Below are positions 12,601 to 23,650 of a stretch of DNA of 64,000 nucleotides, in pieces (positions within the stretch are counted from its first letter, which is position 1; every line of letters starts with the position of its first letter). This DNA is from Azolla caroliniana (Eukaryota > Plantae > Polypodiophyta): the NCBI GenBank assembly GCA_043228905.1, contig JBHGNT010000017.1, positions 1,674,001 through 1,738,000 of the forward strand, given 5' to 3'. The notes below the pieces were generated by a model that made no database searches, was not told where the DNA came from, and saw only the letters and a program-made list of their open reading frames with translations. A program made the translations under genes and the position numbers.

Positions 12601-13760
12601 AAGGGAAGGAGCACCTGGTATGCCGGTTGAAGAAGAGCCTTTACGGACTGAAGCAGGCTCCTCGGCAATGGTACCGGAAGTTCGACTCCTTCATGACCGA
12701 CGAAGGGTACAACAAAACGCAGTCCGATCACTGCGTGTTTGTGAAGAAGTTCGAAGGAGGAGACTCTCTAATACTCCTCCTGTACGTGGACGACATGTTG
12801 ATCATCGGACGGGACCAGGTCAAGATACAGATGCTGAAGAAGGCTCTTCACCGAACCTTCTCAATGAAGGACCTGGGTCCAGCGAGGCAAATATTAGGGA
12901 TGCACATCATCCGGGACCGGAAGAAGAAGCAGTTGTGGCTGTCACAGGAGAAGTACGTGACGAAGGTGCTTCACCGGTTCAACATGTCGGAGGCAAGACC
13001 GGTTGGATCGACCCTCCCGGCAAACTGCAAGCTGTCCAGCATGCAAAGCCCCAAGACAAAGGCTGGAAAGGAGGATATGATGAAAGTGCCGTATGCCTCA
13101 GCCGTCGGGAGCTTGATGTACGCCATGGTGTGTACGAGACCGGACATCGGATATGCAGTCGGAGTGGTGAGCCGGTACATGAGCAATCCCGGCAAAGAGC
13201 ATTGGAACGCGGCCAAGTGGATACTCCGATACCTGAAAGGCACAGCAAACGTGTGCCTCCGATTCGGCTCCGGTAAGCCCGAACTCGACGGCTTTACTGA
13301 TTCGGATATGTCGGCTGATGCAGATACCAGCCGGTCCACATCAGGGTATGTGATGACGTATGCAGGAGGAGCTGTTTCGTGGCAGTCGAGGCTACAGAAG
13401 ACAGTTGCGTTGTCAACCACGGAGGCGGAGTACATGGCGGCTGTTGAAGCCGGCAAGGAAATAATATGGATGAAGGACTTCATTAGAGAGCTCGGTATCC
13501 GGCAGGAGGAGTACCGACTCTACTGCGACAGTCAGAGTGCCATCCACCTTGCGAAGAACGCGGCCTACCATTCCCGGACGAAGCACATCCAGCGAAGATA
13601 CCACTGGATCCGGGAAAGGATAGAAAACAAGGAGTTCGTGCTGACGAAGGTCCACACGGACGAGAACGGGTCGGATATGCTGACCAAGGTGCTCACACCC
13701 GACAAGCTGGAAGCATGCCGGAAGAGGATCGGATTGGAGAGACATCCCATGCCGAAGTGA
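9684..13760 (+). CDS. Copia gag-pol polyprotein, 1358 aa, intact
   Basis: CCHC knuckle, DSGAS protease, HHCC/DDE integrase, YVDD RT and RNase H, in Copia order. Confidence 0.97.
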   Translation: MEGGGSGQPGMMVLNAQNYADWKIKMEDLLIVRDLYEPIDRSEIPKGVLESEWKLLNRKAVATIRQYVDVSVLQHVANDTNAYEMWKKLSGLYERKNALNRTSLMRKIVNLKYRDGESMVEHVSTFMGFVNQLAAIKFPLEDAMQAIILMCTLPDSWENLVVTLSTSCTEDNLSLQTVKTSILNEEACRRDKEPASDSKALLTESERGRHWNRSPQRREKSGTRSQSRGRPICFHCGKPGHFRTNCRHYRKDNGADDTDSKKSPERNGAYRGATDRRGPDRRGQDRKGTTALAASEEEIMLITEEGELNVAGDETTWVVDSGASFHLTPERRYFSSYTAGKHGCVRMGNEGTCRIAGIGDVWLTTPTGCKMLLKDVRHVPEVRLNLISAGRLDDEGYTGSIRNGVMKFSKGSLIVARARKVNTLYLMNARLCPEELNVAADTAGELWHKRLCHMSEKGMKRLAEDNLIPVKHVHLEKCTDCLAGKQNRASFHSRPPTRRSAPLELVHTDVCQVETKSHGGAQYFVTFIDDHSRKLWTAPMKTKDQVLCVFKELHARVERESGKKLKAIRADNGGEYRGQFQEYCRSKGIRLEFTVPKTPELNGLAERMNRTIMERVRSMLAHAKLPKGFWAEAMSTATYVINRSPSVPLDGDTPQKVWTGKEVSYRHLKVFGCLVYVHVAKDRRGKLDPKTRPCIFLGYGDDEFGYRVWDPVNKKIFRSRDIIFMEDKTLADWESEKKVKSSKSTGEDQLYEEQSRPARDRLALEDPAEYGEETEPAEEDENDTGTGPDPEMDSDEEEESEEPVTEAPERRYPLRERRAPRRFPEPEHVLLTDEGEPESFEEAKHDTQSRRWLSAMQEEMDSLHENHTYELVELPKGKRALRNKWVFKLKPGDAGNPQRYKARIVVKGFQQKKGVDFDEIFAPVVKMTSIRTVLSIAASMDLEVEQMDVKTAFLHGDLEEEIYMQQPEGFEKKGKEHLVCRLKKSLYGLKQAPRQWYRKFDSFMTDEGYNKTQSDHCVFVKKFEGGDSLILLLYVDDMLIIGRDQVKIQMLKKALHRTFSMKDLGPARQILGMHIIRDRKKKQLWLSQEKYVTKVLHRFNMSEARPVGSTLPANCKLSSMQSPKTKAGKEDMMKVPYASAVGSLMYAMVCTRPDIGYAVGVVSRYMSNPGKEHWNAAKWILRYLKGTANVCLRFGSGKPELDGFTDSDMSADADTSRSTSGYVMTYAGGAVSWQSRLQKTVALSTTEAEYMAAVEAGKEIIWMKDFIRELGIRQEEYRLYCDSQSAIHLAKNAAYHSRTKHIQRRYHWIRERIENKEFVLTKVHTDENGSDMLTKVLTPDKLEACRKRIGLERHPMPK

Positions 13761-13770
13761 AGGGGGAGTT

Positions 13771-14535
13771 TGTTGGGATTACGGTCCCTCCGGATGGGAT
13801 GTCCGGAGATGAATGACGGCAAGCCCGGTTGCGGTTACGGAACCGGATGATGAAGAGTACCCGGCATGAAGCCGGATGAAGTGTACCCGGATGCGGATCC
13901 GGATGATGAAGTGTACCCGGATGCGGATCCGGATGATGAAGAGTACCCGGCATGAAGCCGGATGAAGAGTACCCGGATGCGGATCCGGATGATGAAGAGT
14001 ACCCGGCATGAAGCCGGATGAAGAGTACCCGGATACGGATCCGGATGATGAAGACCCCGGCTACGGAGCCGGATGACGAATGTACCCGGAGAGAGATCCG
14101 GATGCAGGGACATATTTGTGAATATGTTTGCTAAGAGCCCTTGAGGCTATATTTGTAAATAGCCCGAAAGTCATATATGTATAAATATGACTTAGGGCAA
14201 ACAGTTTTATGTTGTTGCTTAATTTTCATGCGAAGTGAGAGCAGCCGAGAGAGAGAGAGAGAGAGAGACGAAGAGGTCGTTGCCTCTGTGTATTGCCGCC
14301 GCCTGTGGCGAAGACAGTGAGCTCAAGGTTGTTGCCTTGTAGCTTCACCAGTGTACATCCCTGTTCATAGTGATAGTTGGAGTTTGAGGACTCCCGTGGT
14401 TTTTCCCATTTAGGGTTTTCCACGTAAAACATCCAGTGTACCTTTCTCTCTATTGTTTTTCGTGCATTGTTGTATTTCCCGTTTTCTGTGAATCGATCCT
14501 GTTCCTCGGTTGTGGCCGAGCACGGAATTTCAATA
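13771..14535 (+). repeat. Copia B 3' LTR
   Basis: Follows the PPT; near-identical to 8888-9652. Confidence 0.95.
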
Positions 14536-14540
14536 CGATC

Positions 14541-16342
14541 TTCACCGTCACATCCGGACAAGCCGCAAATAGATCTTCCGTTGCTTTGGTGGCCGCCCGA
14601 ATCTTCCATCCATGGTTGGTGTTAATAGGCCACTTCCCCTTCCGGTAGAACTCCTTGGACATCAAGTTGATCTCCGATCCGTGATCAATCAATGCTAGCA
14701 CGGTTTCTTTGATGTTGCCGATTCGGACCAGAGTTTCCGTAGTCACACGTGCCCAATGTGGCCTTGTATAGTGAGAGTTCGGAATTTCGTCCTCCACTTC
14801 GGTGTCGTTCATTAAAACGGTGTTCGCATTCACCCTTGGAGCATTTTCCTCCGTACTTTGTCTTTTTCGCTTCACGAGATCTACGAGAAGATCGTGGAAC
14901 TCCTTCTTTGCTAATCCGAGTAGCTCCCGAAGAGAGAAATCTACCCGGCTATCCAAGATTCTTTCCTCGAACACTTTTTTCAAGTCGGTTTGTTGTTCTA
15001 TGTCCGAGGCGAGCTTGAATGCCGGAGTCGCCTTTTCTTTTCCCTTACCTCCGGAGTTCCAGCTTTCCGGTATCTTCGATGGACCGGCCGCATCCTCCGT
15101 TCGTCGTCATTTCTCGTCCACATACACCTTATGCAATTGACATAGGGCGTATACGCTATTCTTGTCGACAGGGCACTCCCATCCCGTAGCTTCCCGGACG
15201 CCTTCCGCGGTGCTTCGGATCTCGTTGGAGTCGGTTTTCTCGGTGTTTTCTAGAACTTCCGGCCAAAAAGACGTCTTTGCTCTCGATGACTCCCCGACAC
15301 ATATTCCCGCGGTTGTCGCATAGTTGCTTCTCGCCGCCAATTCCTCCTCGAGCACCTTCTTCATGCCGCCTTTCCGGAAGTTTGGTCGGAGTGGCTTCCG
15401 AGAGTCCATCGAATGAATCCGGTTTCCCTCGTAGTAGATGAGATCCCGCCGTAGCGCCTCCTTATGCTCGTCGCAATCCCTCCGATCGTGTTCGGCGCTA
15501 TCGCACCATATGCACCGTCGGTCCGTATACTTGGAGCTTGTGGGGCGGTCATCCGACTTCTTCACCATCACGATCTTCAGATTCTCCATCTCCTTCAATA
15601 GTTGCTCCACCGTAGATGCATCAATCCCCTTCTCGGTTGTAGTCTCTCGAGCCCTCAGTTGATGGTCTTCCAATCCGGTTCTCGGTTTCGGAATCGGTTC
15701 CGAAACCCTCTTTTCCTCGTCGGCAAGCCATTGCCCCCTCTTCGTGTATCGCGCAACGATATCCCGCACGCTTTCCCATGTTTCGGTGAGGCCGCTCTCC
15801 GTGGTCGTGTCCTCCAAGAGCACTCCGAGATCTTTCCGGTCCCGGACGTCCACGGCTCGCAAGAACATGATCACCTTGTCCGGTACGAGGATAGCTTGAT
15901 CTCTCGCGGACAACCTCCCGAACCGGCTTTCGAATGCCGAAAACACATCAACGACCTTCAATCCCTTGTCCGGCGTCTCCACCCAATCTTCGAATCCCCT
16001 TCGCGTCGCCTTGGAGGAATCCTCGATGGCGAACGTCCTCTTTAGCTCTACTTCAAACGCCTCCCATGTCGGATTTTGCTGTCGTAGCCCATGGATGCTT
16101 GCTTGAAGCCCGTCGGTCGCCACCCGGTTGAAGGACGTCACTTGCAGTCCTTCCGATATTCCGCACCGTAGCATCTCCGCCTTGTAATCCCGAAGATACC
16201 GCGACATGTCTTTCCCGTTGAATTGCCCGTTTCGTTGCACGAGCCGCTCCACTGAGGCCGCTATCTCCGACATCGCGCGTTGTTCTTGTAGCATGCGCTC
16301 GAACATCATCATCATATTGCTAGCCTCTTGTTGATTTTCCAT
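14541..16342 (-). pseudogene. G1 gag-protease, one frame with an internal TGA at 15107-15109
   Basis: Gag with CIWCDSAEHDRRDC knuckle. The frame continues past the TGA into ALIDHGSEINLM (aspartic protease). TGA-CGA-CGA suggests a CpG transition. Confidence 0.88.
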
Positions 16343-16360
16343 CTCCTTGCCACCCGTTTT

Positions 16361-16376
16361 CACGTCGGGTTCACCA
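16361..16376 (-). promoter_or_regulatory. G1 primer-binding site complementary to tRNA-Trp
   Basis: TGGTGAACCCGACGTG is complementary to the plant tRNA-Trp 3' end (CACGTCGGGTTCACCA, recalled sequence). Confidence 0.8.
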
Positions 16377-16380
16377 ACTG

Positions 16381-17086
16381 TGTCGTGCCCTTCGGCTCCG
16401 GATCGTTGCGTGAGTCGGGTGGGAACCGCCGAGGTTTTTGACTAGGAGGAAGAGGAATACAACTTAAGGCTAGTTATGAATAATAGGAAGAGAAGTAAGA
16501 TAGTAATCTCGTGAATCCCACGAGTTTAGTGTATTTTAAAACAATATTTAGATTATAAGAGTAATTTAGATGGCAAAATTCGTGAATCCCACGAATATAT
16601 TAGATTGATCAATTCTTCTATATTAATCAACAACCATATACATATTTTTCTCCTCCTTATATAAAGATGGAAGAGGCTAAGCATGGCTTCATGCTTTTTC
16701 GCTTAAAGTGTCCATGCACACTAAATGTGCATGTGATGTTTTATCATTTTCTAAATATAGGGCTCGTGCACGCTAGATGTGCATGAGTCTCTTTTAATGT
16801 CACGTGTAAATAAAATATTCACACTCTAAAGAATACATGATTTTTACCTTTTAATAAAGGTATGTGTAAATAAAGGTCTTATACGTATTAAATCTATATT
16901 TATAATACTAAAGATAAGTTATTGCAATGGTAAAGTTGGGGTTTATCTATGTGGAGGTGTATGGTTTGAATCTTGCCCTATGCACGTGATGAATTCTTTT
17001 GATATATTATTTATTTATTTATATGTATCTAAATTCGGATATATTATTTTATGGTTTTCACGTAGTGTGCGGAATACACTACGACA
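16381..17086 (-). repeat. G1 5' LTR (~706 bp)
   Basis: TGTCG...CGACA termini; AT-rich; adjacent to the PBS. Confidence 0.85.
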
Positions 17087-17410
17087 GCGTCGACTCGCAT
17101 TTATGCGGAGTTGCGGAATTTGTGCTCCAGCTTGCGTTGTGCGTAGTTGCGAAATCCATGCTCCAGCTTGCGTTGTGAATAGTTGCGAAGTCTGTGCTTC
17201 GGCTTGCGTCTTTCTTCGTGGCTTCATTGCGCGGTTGCATAATCCATGCGTTATTGCATAGTGTGCGCGGTTTGCAGAATCCATGTGTTATTGCGTAATG
17301 TCTTCAGTACTCCCCCTCAACCTTGGCAGGTCAGGGATCGTCAATCCGACATCGGTCATGAATTGCCACAGCTTGTCGGCTCCTAAGGCTTTACTGAAGA
17401 TGTCGGTTGT

Positions 17411-20400
17411 TTAAAGATTTGTGCTAATGTGTTGTAGGTCGACATCGCTAGCTAGAACGCGTTGTCGGATGAAGTGATAGTGCACTTCGATGTGCTTTGT
17501 CCGCGCGTGGAACACCGGGTTCCGAGCCAGATAGATACTACTCATGTTGTCGCAGTAAAGGGAAGGCGGATCCTTGATGGGTACACCCAGATCCTTCAAA
17601 ATCCTCTTGAGCCATACGGCTTCACACGCAGCTACGGCTGTGCCCCTATATTCTGCCTCCATACTCGAAAAAGCGACGGTAGGCTGCTTCTTGCTACTCC
17701 AAGATATTGCTCCGCTGCTAAGGGAGAAAACAAATCCGGAGGTTGATCTTCTATCGGCTTTGTAGCTTGCCCAATTGGTGTCTGTGTACCCCTTGGGTCG
17801 TATTGGCATCGCAGTCTTGTAGAGGATGCCGCAATCCATTGTGCCGCTCACGTATCGTAGAATTCGCTTAGCGCAATCCAAGTGAGTATCACGCGGTGTT
17901 TGCATGAATTGGCTAAAGAGACCGACCGGATAACTGAGATCGGGTCGTGTGATCGTGAGGTAGATGAGACTCCCGATGAATTGCCGATACTGGGTAGGCT
18001 CACACGCTTTGGTGCCGGAGTTCCCATCGAGTTTGAGATTGCGATCGAGCGGGGTTGTCGCGGATTTGCACTTACCCATACCAAACTTGTATAACAAGTT
18101 GAGGATATAGTGTTGTTGAGAGATCATGATTCCGGCCGGAGTCCGAATTACCTCGATGCCGAGGAAGTAGTGGAGTTCCTTCATGTCCGTCATCTCGAAC
18201 TTGTCGGAAAGGAGGGATTTGACCTTATTGATTTCGACGAGATGCTCACCTCCAATGACTAGGTCATCCACATATAAGATGATGACGATCGGACTTGCGG
18301 AATCGCTTCGTATGTAGAGGGAGTTGTTCGATTTTGACATACGGAAGCCGATTTGATGAAGATATTGCGTTATCTTCGAATGCCAAGCACGCGGTGCTTG
18401 CTTGAGGCCGTAGAGTGGCTTGTTGAGTCGGCATACAGCTTTCGGATGGGTGCTCGAGTTGAAGCTGGGTGGTTGTATCATGCATACCTCCTCTTCTAAG
18501 TCGTCTTGTAGAAAGGCGTTCTTGACGTCCATTTGATGGAGGTGCCATGCTTTCGCCGCGGCAAGCGCAATTACGGTCCGTACCGTCCTCATCTTTGCCA
18601 CCAGGGCAAAGGTCTCCTCGTAGTCAACTCCGTGCGTTTGGGCATAGCCTTTCGCTACGAGTCACACTTTGTAGAGCTTGATGGAACCGTCGATGTTGTA
18701 CTTCACTTTGTAAATCCATCTGCATCCGATCGCCTTTTTGTGCGGTGAGGTGGGAACGAGATCCCACGTCTGGTTCTTGCGTAGTGCCTGCATCTCCTCG
18801 TTCATGGCTTCGATCCATCGCGGATCCTTGGTTGCTTCGGAAAATGTTTCCGACTCGTGTACTGTCGCCACCTTCATCATAAAGGCATAGTGATATGCTA
18901 TGTAGTCGTTGTAGCCGAATCGGCTGACCGGATTCTTTTCACGGGTGGAGCAACGGAGCTTTTCATTTGCAGAGATGAGGGCTTTCTTAGCTCCGATTGG
19001 TACATCGAAGCCGCCGAACTCATTGTCGAGTGAGTGAGTCCACTCATCGTCGTCGAAGTGATCGTCTACGTATTCCGCCATTTTCGCCTTGCCTTTGTCC
19101 ATCTTCGGGCTAGGCCGTGATGTGCTTTGATCGCTCAAAGGCTCTTGTGGTCCGCTCAATCCGGTCGTGATCGGACTTTCTTCGAACATGTGCGTAGGGC
19201 GATCTTCATCCTCTATCTCTTGTTCGGCGAATTCCGGGTCGAGCGGAGTCAGAGTCGGAGTTGTCTCTGGTGTGTACCAAGATGCGGACTCGTTGAAAAC
19301 GACGTCTCAACTTACTCGAGATTTTCGAGTTGAGGGGTTGTAGCACTTGTACCCCTTTTGCTCCAATGAGTATCCTACGAGGATACATTTCTCCGACTTC
19401 GGATCAAGCTTTTGACGCTTCTCGTTGGGGATGTGCACGTACGCTATCGCGCCGAATATCCGGATGTGCGATAAGTCTAGCTTCTTTCCGAAGTATTTTT
19501 CGTGCGGAGTGACCTCGTGCACGCTGGATGTGCACCGGTTCATTAGGTAGACGGCCGTATTTGCAGCTTCGGCCCAATAAGACTTGGGCATATGCTTCTC
19601 GTTCATCATGGCCTGCGCTACTTCGAGGATGTGCCGATTTTTGCGCTCGGCTACTCCGTTTTGTTGCGGAGTGTGTCGGCAAGTGAATTCTCGCCGAATT
19701 CCTTCCTTTCGGAGATACGCCGTGAAATCGTTCGAGAAGTGCTCCTTGCTGCCATTCGATCGAAGACAACGTACATGTCGGCCCATGACATTCTCGACTT
19801 CATTCTTGAATGTTTGGAAGTGTCCGAACACTTCGCTCTTCTGCCGCATCGGGTAGATCCAAGTGTGCCTGGAGAAGCCGTCGATGAATAGCACGTAATA
19901 TCAGCATCCGCCGAATGTAGTCGTCTGCGTTGGTCCCCATACGTTGGAATGGACTACGTCAAGTAGACCTTTGCTCACATTCCGCTCTTTCGGGAATGGG
20001 TGTCGGTGTTGCTTGCCGAATTGGCACGCTTCGCATACACCTTCAATCTCCTTCTCTTTGAATGTCGGGAGTCCGATGACGAGTCCTTTCGATTTCATTG
20101 CTTTCAGTTTGTTGAGATTGATGTGGCCGATTCGCTTGTGCCACAGCTCTATGTCGGAGTCGGCTTTTATGCCCTTTGCGAACATGGCCGATTTCATCTC
20201 GTATGAGTGGAGAATGAACAGTCGGCCCTCTCTTCGTCCGCGTGCGATGAGTCGGCCCTCTTTTTCGATGAAGCAACCGCCTTGATTAAATCGAACTTGC
20301 ATCCCTTGCTCTACAATTTGGCCGACGGAGACCAAATTCTTCATAATGGTCGATACATGCAAGACATTTTTAATGTAATTTTTCTTACCTTCTTTTCCGA

Positions 20401-21672
20401 AGGGAACATTGCCGATGTGCCGAATCGGGTGTGTAGTGTCGTCTCCGGTTTCGACATAGCCGGGTCAGTCCGGCTCTCGAAGTTCTTGGAACCATTCTTG
20501 ATGCGATGTCATATGGTTCAAAGCACTGGAATCGACAAACCATACGTCTTCCGGACTTGAGGCACTAGTTGAGGTAGCGGCCGACATAGAGTTTGCTCTA
20601 TGTTTCATCATGAACATTCCGCCACGGTCGGAGTTGTGTGCATACATTCTGCTACGATCTTCGTAGTCGGAGTTGTGCCCGTACATTCCGCCACGGTCGG
20701 AGTTGTGTGCATACATTCCGCCATGATATTCGTAGTTGGAGTTGTGCCCGTACATTCCGCTATACTCTTCGTAGTCGGATTTGTGCGCGTAATTCGTGAG
20801 TTGTCGGCTTGTGGAAGCCGATTCGCGCATATTCTTTCGGCACTCTTCTTCGTGGTGGCCGAGCTTTCCGCAATATCCGCATACGGTTGCGTTTTGACAG
20901 CTCGGACCGAAGTGGAAGCTCCCCCTTCTTGCAAAGGTTCCTCGTTGGCTTCCGTTTTGCGGCCGAAATTGGGAGTTGTTGTCGTAGGTCGGACCTCGTT
21001 CGCCTTGTCCTTGGCCGAATCGGCCTCTCGCTTGTCCGCGTCCTCTTCCTCCGTTTGAGTGCGTGTAGAGCATGTGGCCTTCCGACTCATTGCTCCTTGT
21101 ACGCACTTGGTTTTCTTCGACCAATAGCATTGATTGGAGCTCGAAGAAGGAGGGATATTTCTCCCGTGCTAGAACAGTGGTTCTCATCGCGCCGAACCGT
21201 GGTGCGAGGCCGCCGAGGCATATTTGAACCATCTCATTATCATCGATATTTACGCTTATTGAGCCGAGCGAATCGCAAAGCTCCTTGATCTTCGAGGTGT
21301 ATGTCATGATGGACATGTCCCTTTGTTGAATATTGTTCAACTCTTGGCAGAGTTGAAGGCTTCTTGTGGTTGTGTTCGCCGCGAAAATCTTTCGTAGATT
21401 TTCCCATGCCTCCTTCAGCGTCTTGGTTTCGCGATGTAGCTAAGCATGTGATTGTGAACACATGTCGCCAAGCAATACATCACACGGCTTGCAGTTTGCT
21501 CCCATGTCGCGTATCCGGGAGCCGCTTCGGCGGGTCGGTCTTCATGCACTCCTTTGATGTAGTTCCAATAGCCTTGTCCGACAAGGTATTGGTGCATCTT
21601 GTACTCCCAAGATGCGAAGTTGTTTCGATCCAACTTCTCGGTAGGGAGAGCGCACCCCATTTGAGTATTCAT
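17411..21672 (-). pseudogene. Copia C gag-pol with multiple stops and frameshifts
   Basis: ORFs 21415..21672, 20465..21340, 19901..20362, 19307..19894, 18662..19189 and 17411..18601 carry the Copia domains. Confidence 0.92.
20615..20795 (-). repeat. In-frame 30/39-bp tandem repeat in the Copia C gag-PR linker
   Basis: Encodes YAHKSDYEEYSG MYGHNSNYEYHGG MYAHNSDRGG MYGHNSDYEDRSR MYAHNSDRGG. Confidence 0.9.
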
Positions 21673-22227
21673 TATGTCGATTCTTCTTCTTCTTCTTCTT
21701 CTCTCTTCGAATGCGAGCTATGTAGCGAAGCTACGATAGCGATGAGCCGATTCTTGGTTGTCGGCGTGGAGCACAACACACAATCACGATGAGGCGAATG
21801 GGCTAGATCGAGCTACCAAATCGCTCTGATACCATGTAAAGAATTAGATATGATTCTTGTGAAGCGGAAGAGATGTGAGTTATGTGTGTGTATGAGAGAG
21901 AGAGAGAGAGTGAGAGAGAGACAAGGAGTAAGACACAGAGAATACGCAAGGTAAAAGTATATTAACAAAGGAGAAAAACTTAACTCAATACAAGGTGGGA
22001 GGAGGGTGCTTTATATAGTCACCCTCTCTCTTCATTAACTACAAGACTCATGGAGCATGGGGAATGTGAAAGCTCATAAGTTATGTGTCATAGAATATGA
22101 TTCTATGACTCATACTAAATGTTAGAATACAAAGAGGTGACATAATGGTGACTCTTGACCATTGGAGTGTCTATTCACTCTCAAGGTGAGTTCACACATT
22201 AGACCAAGTTGAGCTTGATTCTCAACA

Positions 22228-23650
22228 CATAGTAATGATGGGTCTCTTTGGTTTTATTGAATTCTCATCTCCTCATTTAAGTTTGGAAGAGAGTATACCT
22301 CAAGAAACATCAATAAAAAGGGGGTGTTTCCCCATAACCTTATCATTTAAATAGTTTGACACCTTGTTTGGATACTACCTGCAATACCAACATTGAACCA
22401 ACCATTAATTTGTAGCAATGACAAGGGGGAGAACTTGTAAGTAAACCTTAGGGGGGAGACCTTATCATTACAAATGTAAATGACAGATAAATGGAAGTAC
22501 TTAAATATAATCAACACTCGTCATCAATCAACTTCTCTCGCGCTTCAATGCGTTCTTCCTCTCTATCTAGCCTCCTTTCATTTCCATTTGGTAGTCAAGT
22601 CTGCAACATCAACCTTCCTTTTTTGGCATTGCAACGGCCTTTATCATTACACAATTGTCATTGTTCAAGTCATAAACCATGTCATATTGGGATTTTGTGA
22701 AGCGTCAAGTAATTAGGTTTGATGAAGCATAAACACAATGCCTCTAATTCAATTGTTTGGAGAAGAAGGCATACAATAATAAAATATAGGGCTATTCTAA
22801 TTAGGGCATGTCCATTGATAAACAAGTGAATGCTTCTTATCGAGTCCACAAACAAGTGGTGCCAAATTTGAAGTTTCTTTCTTACTATTTATGGAAAGAA
22901 GTGTCTACCTTGTCGGTTCGTCACTTTGAGGCTTAGGTAGAGTAATGCCCTCTCTATGGGGAGTCAAGCAAGACAGTGTCAATCACCACTGAGCTTGTTG
23001 ATGGGTAGACTAGTTCACTCGTAGAAAGTTGTCTCATCTCAAAATGGACTCGTAACACAAATTAAATTATAAGATGCCATTGGCACCAATACTTAACCTG
23101 GGTAGCATACACATTTAATTAATGACTCAATCCACACACACATGCATGAAATCATTCGAAATCAACTATTCTATCAATTTAACCACTTTGTGAAGCCAAC
23201 CACTCTCATGCATAAGAGGTTAACTGCAAAAAATTAAAATTTGAGCATTACAATATTAACAAGGTTAAAGGGGTATTGACACATGTTTAACCCAAATGTG
23301 GAATTTAAATGGGTTCACATGAAACCAATTCTCTCTACAATTTGTTTAGTACATCTCTCACCACAATTGGCATGATTCATTGATTGTCCCTCTAGTGGTC
23401 TTGCAACATGTCCATTCTTGAGTTGGGAGGGAAAAATGTGATATGCCACATGTTGAAAAGAGCTCAAGGCACTCTAGTGTGGAGCTCAGTGGCAAATTCA
23501 TGGAAGAAGGGTGACATGAACTTTGGAGTGTAAAAGCTTGCGGAAAGGTTGGTGGGTTGTATGGTACTATAATTATTGTTATTGTCTGGTGTTCAAAGAG
23601 AGGAAATAAGGTCAATGTAGTAGTTAGAAAGAAAGAAAGAAATATATATA
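22228..23650 (+). repeat. Segmental duplicate of the RLP-to-U2 spacer (paralog ~49944-51283)
   Basis: Colinear similarity over ~1.4 kb, roughly 85-90% by eye. Confidence 0.92.

Larger units (their letters stand above)
8888..14535 (+). mobile_element. Ty1/Copia LTR retrotransposon B, intact, same family as A
   Basis: 765-bp LTRs at 8888-9652 and 13771-14535 (1 substitution seen). TSD CGATC at 8883-8887 and 14536-14540. PBS TGGTATCAGAGC 9656-9667; PPT 13759-13770. Confidence 0.97.
1..17086 (-). mobile_element. Ty3/Gypsy LTR retrotransposon G1, running off the left edge; interrupted by Copia A and B; inserted in Copia C
   Basis: Order gag-PR-RT-RH-INT on the minus strand once A and B are removed. 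5' LTR 16381-17086 (TGTCG...CGACA), PBS 16361-16376. Host Copia C resumes at 17087 (GCGTC), matching the uninterrupted copy at ~60351. Confidence 0.92.
17087..22227 (-). mobile_element. Ty1/Copia element C, degenerate; its 3' LTR lies beyond G1 outside the window
   Basis: Fragmented gag-PR-INT-RT-RH ORFs 17411-21672. PBS iMet 21821-21834; 5' LTR 21835-22227, followed by CATAG. Confidence 0.92.

Noticed and set aside
15100-15115. Possible programmed stop read-through (TGA) in G1 gag-pro
   Set aside because: AAA TGA CGA CGA is most simply a CGA>TGA deamination; other family copies would be needed to argue otherwise.
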